Of a stretch of DNA of 38,047 nt, positions 1 to 7,778 are shown one piece after another (position 1 is the stretch's first letter; each line of letters begins with the position of its first letter). A model generated the notes under the pieces. It searched no databases, was not told the DNA's origin, and saw nothing but the letters and a program-made list of their open reading frames with translations. Source of the stretch: Butyricicoccaceae bacterium (GTDB lineage Bacteria; Bacillota; Clostridia; Oscillospirales; QAMX01); contig CAVGLF010000004.1 in assembly GCA_963630045.1 (NCBI GenBank), positions 1 through 38,047 on the forward strand, read 5' to 3'. A program made the translations under genes and the position numbers.

Positions 1-262
<262 letters not shown>

Positions 263-353
263 CGAATCATTCGAATCAATTTTGCGCTCAGACTTCTTCT
301 TCACCTTCTCTGTTCAGTTTTCAGGGTACATTCGGCCGCTGACGCGATGATAC

Positions 354-429
<76 letters not shown>

Positions 430-433
430 ATCC

Positions 434-508
434 GGCCCGATGGTCAAGAGGCTAAGACGGCGGCCTCTCACGCCGCAAACGGGAGTTCGATTCTCCCTCG
501 GGTCACCA
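434..508 (+). tRNA. tRNA-Glu (anticodon CTC), CCA encoded
   Basis: A 75-nt cloverleaf. Acceptor GGCCCGA/TCGGGTC (one G-U), anticodon arm GCGGC-CTCTCAC-GCCGC, T arm GGGAG-TTCGATT-CTCCC, then A-CCA. Confidence 0.85.
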
Positions 509-600
509 CTTCCCCTCGTTTGCAGCATCTCCCTCAATCGCGTTTCCCTTTCGTCTTTCAACCTGCGGAGTCCAACATAGCTTCCTCGTGAAAGATGCCA

Positions 601-717
601 GTCGGTGTTTATTGCCACAAGGGTCCACCCGTTCCCATTCCGAACACGGTAGTTAAGCTTGTGAGCGCCAACGATACTTGAGGCGTGAGCCTCCGGGAAA
701 ATAGGTCTTCGCCGACA
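601..717 (+). rRNA. rrf: 5S rRNA
   Basis: Conserved 5S core CCACCCGTTCCCATTCCGAACACGGTAGTTAAGC. Terminal helix GTCGGTG / CGCCGAC. Colinear with Bacillus-type 5S by eye. Confidence 0.85.
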
Positions 718-745
718 CCCGCGGGTCCCAACAGGGGCTCGTGCT

Positions 746-780
746 GAATCCCTCGCAGTAATGCGAGGGATTCTTTTTTT
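746..780 (+). terminator. Intrinsic terminator of the rrn operon
   Basis: 12-bp stem GAATCCCTCGCA / TGCGAGGGATTC with loop GTAA, followed by T7. Confidence 0.7.
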
Positions 781-806
781 GCGCCGCGATAAACTGAATA
801 ACGGGC

Positions 807-842
807 AAAAAGAGCCGGAGCTTTGGCGCTCCGGTTCTTTTT
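807..842. terminator. Second hairpin with flanking A and T runs (bidirectional terminator-like)
   Basis: AGAGCCGGAGC (811-821) pairs with GCTCCGGTTCT (828-838, one G-U). An A-run precedes it and a T-run follows. Confidence 0.45.
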
Positions 843-924
843 GCGCTGCAGGGTGACGGAAACTTATGTAGAAATTTCCGTAATTTGTGCGCAGATTACG
901 CACGTAGGCACTTGCGGTTTTTGA

Positions 925-1452
925 TATGAGGAGATTCAGATTCTCGACAATACCTGTACGTTCTGCGATACGCAGAACCATTGGGCGCTTGACGACATCG
1001 GGTTTACCGCTGCGCGCGGACTGTTCAACGGCACGAGCGCGAATCTCTTCAGTCCCGAGGGGAAGGTGAACCGCGCAATGCTCTGGACGGTGCTCGCGCG
1101 TGTGTACGGTGTGGACGTGAGCTCCCGGAGCGCGGTCTGGTACGATAAGGCGCAGAGCTGGGCGGTCTCGACGGGCGTCTCGGACGGCACGAATCCGACT
1201 GCGGGCATCACGCGCGAGCAGCTCGTGACCATGCTGTGGCGCAGCGCCGGAAGGCCTGCGGCGGTCAGCTCCCCCGCAAGCGCCTTTGCGGACGCGTCCG
1301 CAGTCAGCGCGTACGCCGTGGAGGCCGTGAACTGGGCAGTCGGTCGGGGCATCCTCACGGGTGTCGGCGGGGAACGGCTCGATCCTGCCGGCACGGCCAC
1401 CCGCGCGCAGCTCGCGGCGATGCTCACCCGCTGCATCAAAGCCATTGCGTAG
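925..1452 (+). pseudogene. Orphan triple SLH (S-layer homology) module: gene remnant, or a CDS with a non-canonical start
   Basis: The frame-1 reading frame is open from the stop at 922-924 to 1452. It encodes three SLH-like repeats (F.DTQNHWALDDIGFTAARGLFNGTSANLFSPEGKVNRAMLWTVLAR; ...GITREQLVTMLWR; FADASAVSAYAVEAVNWAVGRGILTG...ATRAQLAAMLTR). There is no signal peptide. The first ATG (1066) lies inside repeat 1. The only start-like codons after the GAGGAG at 928-933 are ATT at 934 and 940. Confidence 0.5.
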
Positions 1453-1468
1453 GAGCGCGGAGCATATG

Positions 1469-1507
1469 AAAAAGGGTTTTCTGGTATAAACAAGAAAACC
1501 CTTTTTT
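1469..1507. terminator. Bidirectional intrinsic terminator between the SLH fragment (+) and the MATE gene (-)
   Basis: AAAAA-GGGTTTTC ... GAAAACCC-TTTTTT. Confidence 0.7.
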
Positions 1508-1549
1508 GCAGTATTTGGGAGATGGGGAAATGCCCTCCGCCGCCCCCTC

Positions 1550-2899
1550 TTACAGCTCCGCGCGGCGCAGGGGGGAGCGCAGGTAGGAGATTGTCAGCAG
1601 GAGGCTGCAGCAGATCCAGCCCATGGGATAGGCCAGCGCGACCGGCAGGAAGCCTCCGCCCAGAAGCTTCGTCACATACAGGAAGAGCTGCCGGAAGAGG
1701 ACGAAGGAGCACAGCATGATGATCATCGGACGCGTGGCATCGCCGATGCCGCGCAGCGCTCCGGCGAAGATCTGATTGAAGCAGATCGTGAAGTAGAAGG
1801 GCGCCAGGAACGAAACGAAGCGCGCTCCGTACTCCAAAACCTCCGCGTCATCCGTGAACAGCCGCAGCAGCACGCGGCGCAGGGGGACGACCAGCGCCGA
1901 AAGCGTCACCGTGATGGCAAGGGACATGATCAGCGCCTGACGCACGCCGCGCCGCGCGCGGTCGAGCTTGCGCGCTCCGTAGTTCTGCCCGACGAAGGTC
2001 GTCGAGCCCAGCGCAATGCTCTGCACGGGAATCAGGATGAAGATATCCAGCTTGCTGCAGGCCGACCATCCCGCCATGCAGGACGAGCCGAAGAAGTTGA
2101 TGTAGGACTGAACGAAGACGTTCGAGAATGCCGTCAGCGCCTGCTGTACGCCGGAGGGCACGCCGACGGAGAAGATCTCGCGCAGAACCGGCAGCTTGAT
2201 GCGCAGGCTCCTCCAGCGGATGCCGTAGGGCTGACGCGTCACGGTCAGCGTGATGAGTCCCAGAAGCGCCGAGATGAACTGAGCCAGAATCGTCGCAATG
2301 GCGACGCCCGCCACGCCCCAGTGAAAGACGATGACGAAGACCAGGTCGAGAATCGTATTCAGCACGGCGGAGACGATCAAAAACAGCAGCGGACGCACGG
2401 AATCTCCGACGGCGCGCAGGATGCCGGAGGTCATGTTGTAGAAGAACAGCCCCGTGATGCCCGAAAAATAGATTCTCAGATACAGCGTGGCCTCGGGCAG
2501 CACGTCCTCAGGCGTATCCATGGCGCGCAGCATCGGGGTGACGATGGCGGTGCCTACCGCAGTCGCGAAGATGCACAGCAGGAAGGTCACGGAAATCGCC
2601 GTATGGACGGCATCGCTGAGCCCTTCGTTGTCATGTGCGCCGTAGGTATGGGAAATGACGACGGATGATCCCGTGGAAAGTCCCGCGCAGAGTCCGACGA
2701 GCATGTTGATGATGCTGGAGGTGCTGCCGACAGCCGCCAGTGCCTCCTTGCCGACGAAGCGTCCGACGACGATCGTATCCACCGTATTGTACAGCTGCTG
2801 AAAGAGCAGTCCGACGGCCATGGGAAGCGCAAATTCCGCAAGATGCTTCCAGATGACGCCCTCCGTCATATCGGTATCTCCGCGTTTCAGTATCCTCAT
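1550..2899 (-). CDS. MATE family efflux transporter
   Basis: Twelve-TM-like hydrophobic profile. N-terminal MATE signature FALPMAVGLLFQQLYNTVDTIVVGRFVGKEALAAVG. Start taken at ATG 2899 (GGGGAGG 14 nt upstream). ATG 2869 (GGAGA 7 nt upstream) is an equally plausible start. Confidence 0.9.
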   Translation of the reverse strand: MRILKRGDTDMTEGVIWKHLAEFALPMAVGLLFQQLYNTVDTIVVGRFVGKEALAAVGSTSSIINMLVGLCAGLSTGSSVVISHTYGAHDNEGLSDAVHTAISVTFLLCIFATAVGTAIVTPMLRAMDTPEDVLPEATLYLRIYFSGITGLFFYNMTSGILRAVGDSVRPLLFLIVSAVLNTILDLVFVIVFHWGVAGVAIATILAQFISALLGLITLTVTRQPYGIRWRSLRIKLPVLREIFSVGVPSGVQQALTAFSNVFVQSYINFFGSSCMAGWSACSKLDIFILIPVQSIALGSTTFVGQNYGARKLDRARRGVRQALIMSLAITVTLSALVVPLRRVLLRLFTDDAEVLEYGARFVSFLAPFYFTICFNQIFAGALRGIGDATRPMIIMLCSFVLFRQLFLYVTKLLGGGFLPVALAYPMGWICCSLLLTISYLRSPLRRAEL

Positions 2900-2924
2900 G
2901 GGAATCCGTGTAACCTCCCCGACT

Positions 2925-2997
2925 GCAAAAAATCCATACGTCAAAGAATCCGCAGCATGATGTAAAAGTCTGCACGCGAAAAAACGTTTGACGTATG
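2925..2997 (-). promoter_or_regulatory. Leader hairpin plus U-run between the MATE promoter and RBS (candidate attenuator)
   Basis: Perfect 11-nt inverted repeat, CATACGTCAAA at + strand 2935-2945 and TTTGACGTATG at 2987-2997. On the mRNA strand it is followed by GATTTTTTGC (2934-2925). Confidence 0.35.
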
Positions 2998-3002
2998 AAC
3001 AT

Positions 3003-3031
3003 ATGATATCATAATTTTCAAAAAGCGTCAA
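3003..3031 (-). promoter_or_regulatory. Sigma-A-type promoter of the MATE gene
   Basis: Minus strand TTGACG - 17 nt - TATCAT. Confidence 0.45.
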
Positions 3032-3157
3032 GCACCCCCTCTCCCGCGCGCGCATTCCTGCTCCGGGGCATCCGACAGGGAGCGGCTCCGTTCCCCCCAA
3101 AAAAAGAGAGGGGGCTTGAGAGAGAGAGGGGGCGGCTCCGGCGCCTTTTTTCGGGGC

Positions 3158-3808
3158 TTACCGCATCCCGTCTGCCAGCGCCAGAAGCCCGTCGATGCGC
3201 GGGATGACGGCGGTGCAGAGGGCGCGCGTCGGGTCCGGAACGGCGGCGAGATCCGGAATGAGGACGGGATGCATCCCCGCACGATGCGCCGCACGGATGC
3301 CGGCATCGGAGTCCTCCGCAACGAGGATGCACTCCGGGGCAAGCTCCAGCCGGCGGGCGGCCTCGAGGAAGATGTCCGGCTCGGGCTTGCTGTGCTCCAC
3401 CATATTGCCCGTGACGATGACCTCGAAGGCGTCCGCAAGCCCGGACAGCGCAAGATGCGTCCGCGTCAGGGGAAGCTCCGTGGAGGTCGCGGCGGCGGTG
3501 CGGATGCCCCGGGAGGCAAGCCCTTCGAGAAGCTCCCGCACGCCGGGTTTTTTCAGATCGCCCGCATCGCGGATGAGTGCCTCCGAGTGCCGCACAAAGC
3601 CGCGGCTGAGCGCGTCCCAGGAGATGCCGGGTGCGGCCTCCTCCACCAGCCGGGAGGTTTCGCGCACATTGACGCCGCGCGTCCGCAGCAGCGTTTCCTG
3701 CGGAATCTCATACCCCAGATCGCGCCCGGCCTCCCGCCACGCCCGCATATAAAGCCGCTCCGTGTCAAGAACCGTGCCGTCTATGTCAAAAATAACGCCC
3801 TGTATCAT
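3158..3808 (-). CDS. HAD-superfamily hydrolase (beta-phosphoglucomutase / sugar-phosphatase-like subfamily IA)
   Basis: Motif I FDIDGTVLD, motif III SKPEPDIF, motif IV AEDSDAGI. AAGGAG lies 10 nt upstream of ATG 3808. Confidence 0.85.
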   Translation of the reverse strand: MIQGVIFDIDGTVLDTERLYMRAWREAGRDLGYEIPQETLLRTRGVNVRETSRLVEEAAPGISWDALSRGFVRHSEALIRDAGDLKKPGVRELLEGLASRGIRTAAATSTELPLTRTHLALSGLADAFEVIVTGNMVEHSKPEPDIFLEAARRLELAPECILVAEDSDAGIRAAHRAGMHPVLIPDLAAVPDPTRALCTAVIPRIDGLLALADGMR

Positions 3809-3856
3809 ATATGATATGCTCCTTTGCTTTTCGCATGGGGGATTCGACTCCCTGTC

Positions 3857-3885
3857 AGTATAGCGGACGGCGGGGGAAAAGTCAA
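3857..3885 (-). promoter_or_regulatory. Sigma-A-type promoter of the HAD gene
   Basis: Minus strand TTGACT - 17 nt - TATACT. Confidence 0.45.
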
Positions 3886-3929
3886 GGAGACGGGGACGGA
3901 CGGCAGCGGGGGAAAAACAGATACGCGCC

Positions 3930-3981
3930 GCAAAATACATCAGCGCGGAGTCCGTTTTTTTATACGTGACTCCGCGCTGAT
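3930..3981 (-). terminator. Terminator downstream of rubrerythrin
   Basis: 14-bp stem ATCAGCGCGGAGTC (3939-3952) / GACTCCGCGCTGAT (3968-3981). T-rich tracts follow on both strands. Confidence 0.6.
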
Positions 3982-4005
3982 GTATTTTTATAAAGAGGAC
4001 GGAAA

Positions 4006-4548
4006 TCAGCCGAAATACCGCTTCAGCAGCCCCGTGAAGGCGCGGCCGTGACGGGCTTCATCCTTCGCCATTTCGTGGACGGTGTCGTGGACGGCGTCGA
4101 GGCCGAGCTCCTTTGCAAGCTTTGCCAGGGCGAGCTTGCCCGAGCAGGCGCCGCTCTCCGCCTCCGCACGCAGCTCCAGATTGCGCTTCGTGCTGTCCGT
4201 GACGACCTCGCCCAGAAGCTCCGCAAACTTCGCCGCATGCTCCGCTTCCTCATGCGCCGCGAGCTTGTAGAACGCGCCGATCTCCGGGTAGCCCTCGCGC
4301 TCCGCGACACGAGCCATCGCAAGATACATGCCGACCTCGGTGCACTCGCCCGTGAAATTCGCGCGCAGCTCCTCGATCACCCGCGCATCCGCGTCATGCG
4401 CCGAGCCGACGACATGATCGCACGCCCAGCTCGCCTCGCCCTTCTGCTCCGTAAACTTCGCCGCGGGCGCCTTGCACTGAGGACAGCGCTCCGGGGGCGT
4501 ATCGCCTTCGTGTACATAACCGCAAACCGTGCAAACCCATTTAGCCAT
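4006..4548 (-). CDS. rbr: Reverse rubrerythrin (N-terminal rubredoxin-like CxxC...CxxC, C-terminal ferritin-like diiron domain)
   Basis: WVCTVCGY...CPQCKA at the N-terminus, then the diiron ligand pattern E...EEAEH...E...DEARH. AAGGAGG precedes ATG 4548. Confidence 0.9.
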   Translation of the reverse strand: MAKWVCTVCGYVHEGDTPPERCPQCKAPAAKFTEQKGEASWACDHVVGSAHDADARVIEELRANFTGECTEVGMYLAMARVAEREGYPEIGAFYKLAAHEEAEHAAKFAELLGEVVTDSTKRNLELRAEAESGACSGKLALAKLAKELGLDAVHDTVHEMAKDEARHGRAFTGLLKRYFG

Positions 4549-4660
4549 AGGAAAAATCCTCCTTATACCATACAAATTTCCTTTTTAAAAGCGGACGGGA
4601 GCCTGTTTTTGACCGTGCCGTTTTCCCGGCTTTTTGCATCCCCTGTCCGACCGTGGCTAT

Positions 4661-4689
4661 AGTATACCATATTAGTCCATATTCCGCAA
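4661..4689 (-). promoter_or_regulatory. Sigma-A-type promoter of rubrerythrin
   Basis: Minus strand TTGCGG - 17 nt - TATACT, about 105 nt upstream of the start codon. Confidence 0.45.
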
Positions 4690-4771
4690 TAGGCAGATTC
4701 GATAATTCGAAGAGGACGGATTTGGCTATACTCTACAAATTCAGTACAGTATATACTGCGGCAAGACGCCC

Positions 4772-5548
4772 TCAGCCGATGTTCTCCCCCGCAAAATCGC
4801 GCAGAAATTCCAGAATCAGCCCCGCGAAGACGGAATTTCCAAAGACATCGCGCTCCCGGGCAAAGGAGCAGTGCGTGCCGTGCAGCAGCCGGAAATCCAC
4901 CTGCGTCATGTCAAAGCCCATGTGCTCCATCGTGGCGCGCAGAAGCTCGTTTTGCAGGGCGCGGTTCGTCATGTCCTGATCCGACACGAGAATCTGCATC
5001 GGAGGGACGAACATCCCCGGACGGACATGGAAGAGGGGCGCTGTCTCGTCCACGATCAGACGGCGCGGATCCTCGCCCGAGTACGCGAGCACGCTGAAGT
5101 GCTTCGTCGGCTGGGCGGAGCCGTGGATGTACCCCGCGATGTCCTGCGGCTTGAGCCCCGCACCGCACAGCCACCGGGAGTCAAAGCAAAGCATCATGGA
5201 CAGGTACGCGCCTGCGGAAAGTCCTCCGACGAAGAGCCGGCCGGGATGCTCATGCGTACGCTGCTCACGCAGGATGAAGGCCGCTGCTGCCGCCGCGTCC
5301 TCCAGAAAATCCGGGTACCGCGCATCCGGGAACATGCGGTACTCCGCAGAGGCTACGGCGATGCCGCGCTGCGTCAGTGTCCGCGCCGCCTCGGGAATCC
5401 CGGGCTCCAGACGGTTCCCGTGGACAAGACCCCCTCCGTGGAAGAGCAGAACCGTCGGGATCGTGCGTCGGTCGGCGTCATCGGGCAGATACCAGTCAAG
5501 AAGGCATGCCCCGGGCTGCGCATAGCGGATGTCCGGCAGAATTTTCAT
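4772..5548 (-). CDS. Alpha/beta hydrolase (HSL-like family IV esterase/lipase)
   Basis: Oxyanion-hole motif HGGG (LLFHGGGLVHG) and nucleophile elbow GGLSAGA (G-x-S-x-G). ATG 5548 was preferred over the TTG at 5560. Confidence 0.85.
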   Translation of the reverse strand: MKILPDIRYAQPGACLLDWYLPDDADRRTIPTVLLFHGGGLVHGNRLEPGIPEAARTLTQRGIAVASAEYRMFPDARYPDFLEDAAAAAAFILREQRTHEHPGRLFVGGLSAGAYLSMMLCFDSRWLCGAGLKPQDIAGYIHGSAQPTKHFSVLAYSGEDPRRLIVDETAPLFHVRPGMFVPPMQILVSDQDMTNRALQNELLRATMEHMGFDMTQVDFRLLHGTHCSFARERDVFGNSVFAGLILEFLRDFAGENIG

Positions 5549-5574
5549 TGCGGGGATCAACTCCTCATCATGTA

Positions 5575-5617
5575 ATAAAAAAACGGCGAACCTTTTTTTA
5601 GCCGGGTGTCGCCGTTT
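5575..5617 (-). terminator. Terminator downstream of the O-antigen-ligase-like gene
   Basis: Stem AAACGGCGA (5581-5589) / TCGCCGTTT (5609-5617). A T7 run follows on the minus strand. Confidence 0.65.
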
Positions 5618-5646
5618 CTTTGCAAAAAAGGGGGGAGCAGGATGCG

Positions 5647-7251
5647 TCAGACGGGTTTTTCCCGCCGTACAAGGCGCGGGAGGAGAATCAGCGCGGCGGC
5701 AAGTCCCCAGAACAGCGCCATCATGTACGGCTCCTCGAAGATATTCTCAAAGAGGCAGTGCATGAGTACGCCCGTAAGCCCCGACAGGATGCCCGCGGAC
5801 AGCGGAGCCATTCCGTCATGCCGCACCCTCGCATAGGAGCGGATGCCGGACACGACGAGGAAAAGCACCAGAATGAGGAAGGCGGCGATGCCGAAGTAGC
5901 CCATCTCGACCGCGATTTTCAGGTAGTAGTTATCGAGGTAGAAGTACTGGAATTCCTCCGTGATCTCCAGATACTGGTTCTGCATGGCGACGGCGCCGCC
6001 GAAGCGTCCGAGGCCGAAGCCGCGCCACGGATTCGCCGCCAGAAGCTCGCGTCCCAGCGCCCAGCGCATGCTGCGGCCGCCCGCGGCGGAGGCTGCGGCG
6101 AAGTCGTCGGTAAAGAGGAACTGGATGCGGCTGACGATGCTCGGAATGAACAGCGCGCCCGAGACGCCGAGCCCCAGAAGCGCGAAGATTTTGCGGTCAT
6201 ACAGGATGGCGAACAGCAGCACGGCCACCACCATGCCGACCCATGCGCCCTTGGAGTACGTCGCCAGCAGGCAGACCATCTCCACGCCGACGGCCGCCCA
6301 TGCACAAAGCCTCCAGAAGGGTTTTTTCGCCGTGTAGGAAAATCCCGCGAACAGAGGCGCCGTCATGACGAGATACGCGCCCAGAATATTCGGGCTGCCC
6401 GTGATGGAGAACGCGCGCGTGCGCACGGAGGACTCGCTCTGCGTCGTCCAGGAATCGGGAATCGGCACGGCCATGACGAACTGATAGATGCCGTGCAGCG
6501 CCATGCCCAGTCCCACGGCGGCGATGCCTCCGCACAGAGCCCGCACATCGCCGGAGTCTCTTAGAAGCCTTGCCATGACGAAGAACCACAGCATGTACTG
6601 AATCGTCGCACGGAGTCCCGCGATCGCGATGGAGGGCACGGGCGCATTGATGCACGAAAGGAAGAAGCCCGTGCAGCAGAACAGCAGAATCGGCATGTCC
6701 AGAGGCGTGACATGCGGCCTCCCGTCCCATTCCCGTTCCGAAACGCGCAGCCACAGGACATAGAGCCCCGAGCCCAGGAAGAAGAGCTCGTCCCAGACGG
6801 AGGCCAGCACGCCCACGGGCAGCACATCGCGCATCAGCCAGTGAATGGGCAGATACAGCGAAAACAGCACGATGACGAGCCTGCGGAAATCCATCCGCGC
6901 GGCGGCCCAGAGCCGTCCTATGACGGACTCCGCAAGCAGGCGCACGAAGAAGCGATGCACCCCCAGGTGCATCCGGTAGAGGAGGGAGGCATGCAGCACG
7001 GGCAGGAGCCACAGCCCGAAGCGGTTCATCAGCCGGTGCAGTCCCGCGAAGGCGCGTCCGTAGACGGACGTCTCCGCGCCGCTTTCGCGGCCGACCCAGC
7101 TGTCCCAGAGCCGCCTCGTGCGGCTGTCGGGGTAGCCTCGGCGAAACGCGGTGCTTATGCGTCCGAGGATGCTTGCCTCATAGACCGCCCGTCCGTGCGT
7201 CCGCAGCCACGAGACCGCGCGTCCCGCCAGGCATTCGTTGAAGACCGTCAT
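5647..7251 (-). CDS. O-antigen ligase / polymerase family (Wzy_C-like) polytopic membrane protein
   Basis: At least 10 hydrophobic segments. The central region ...LLATYSKGAWVGMVVAVLLFAIL... plus a large loop is typical of the O-antigen ligase domain. Its start overlaps the stop of the upstream gene (ATGA). Confidence 0.8.
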   Translation of the reverse strand: MTVFNECLAGRAVSWLRTHGRAVYEASILGRISTAFRRGYPDSRTRRLWDSWVGRESGAETSVYGRAFAGLHRLMNRFGLWLLPVLHASLLYRMHLGVHRFFVRLLAESVIGRLWAAARMDFRRLVIVLFSLYLPIHWLMRDVLPVGVLASVWDELFFLGSGLYVLWLRVSEREWDGRPHVTPLDMPILLFCCTGFFLSCINAPVPSIAIAGLRATIQYMLWFFVMARLLRDSGDVRALCGGIAAVGLGMALHGIYQFVMAVPIPDSWTTQSESSVRTRAFSITGSPNILGAYLVMTAPLFAGFSYTAKKPFWRLCAWAAVGVEMVCLLATYSKGAWVGMVVAVLLFAILYDRKIFALLGLGVSGALFIPSIVSRIQFLFTDDFAAASAAGGRSMRWALGRELLAANPWRGFGLGRFGGAVAMQNQYLEITEEFQYFYLDNYYLKIAVEMGYFGIAAFLILVLFLVVSGIRSYARVRHDGMAPLSAGILSGLTGVLMHCLFENIFEEPYMMALFWGLAAALILLPRLVRREKPV

Positions 7252-7754
7252 CCGACAACCACCGAATCAACCAGCACGCTCATCTCAAAGGTGCGGGTCT
7301 TCAGCGTGAAGGTACGCCCCGTGCGCACCTCCTGCGTACCGATCTTCAGAATCGCCGCGTTCTTGGCGATTTTGCTCTCCACGGTGATCAGCACGTCCTG
7401 ACGGGATTCGCCGAAGTCGACGTCCACGGGCTCGCCGTCGGCGGTGGTGTCCTGAATGATATAGGGCTCATAGCGGATGCTTGTGATGTAGGCGTCGTCC
7501 ACGTATCCCGTGCCCATGACGAGCTGCTGCCCGACAAGATCGTTTTCCGCAAGCCACTTCAGGGTATAGTCGTACGCGCCGCGGATGCGGAAGGTGCTGA
7601 CCATGGTGGTCGTCGGAGCGACGGCCTCTTCGACCTTGGGTCCCAGCAGCTTCCAGCCGACGCCGCCCAGAACCAGCACGACGAGCAGCAGGCAGACGAG
7701 ATCCACCAGATTGATGAGGCCGAAGAGCTTTCCTTTTTCGTTGATGAGCTTCAT
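7248..7754 (-). CDS. DUF4330-like single-pass membrane protein
   Basis: The N-terminus MKLINEKGKLFGLINLVDLVCLLLVVLVLGG, followed by a beta-rich domain, resembles the DUF4330 family as I recall it. GAAAGGAA RBS present. Confidence 0.7.
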   Translation of the reverse strand: MKLINEKGKLFGLINLVDLVCLLLVVLVLGGVGWKLLGPKVEEAVAPTTTMVSTFRIRGAYDYTLKWLAENDLVGQQLVMGTGYVDDAYITSIRYEPYIIQDTTADGEPVDVDFGESRQDVLITVESKIAKNAAILKIGTQEVRTGRTFTLKTRTFEMSVLVDSVVVG

Positions 7755-7778
7755 GTAGTGCGTTCCTTTCGTGATTGC

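Noticed and set aside
3040-3157. C/G-rich low-complexity stretch with poly-A, poly-C and (GA)n between the MATE and HAD genes, as a possible element.
   Set aside because: Only short, weak helices can be drawn. There are no repeats shared with other parts of the window and no coding signal. It is most likely just the HAD 3' region and the MATE upstream spacer.
4006-4548. Swapped domain order in rubrerythrin (rubredoxin-like domain first) as a novelty.
   Set aside because: Reverse rubrerythrins with this order are already described in clostridia, so this is an ordinary oxidative-stress gene.
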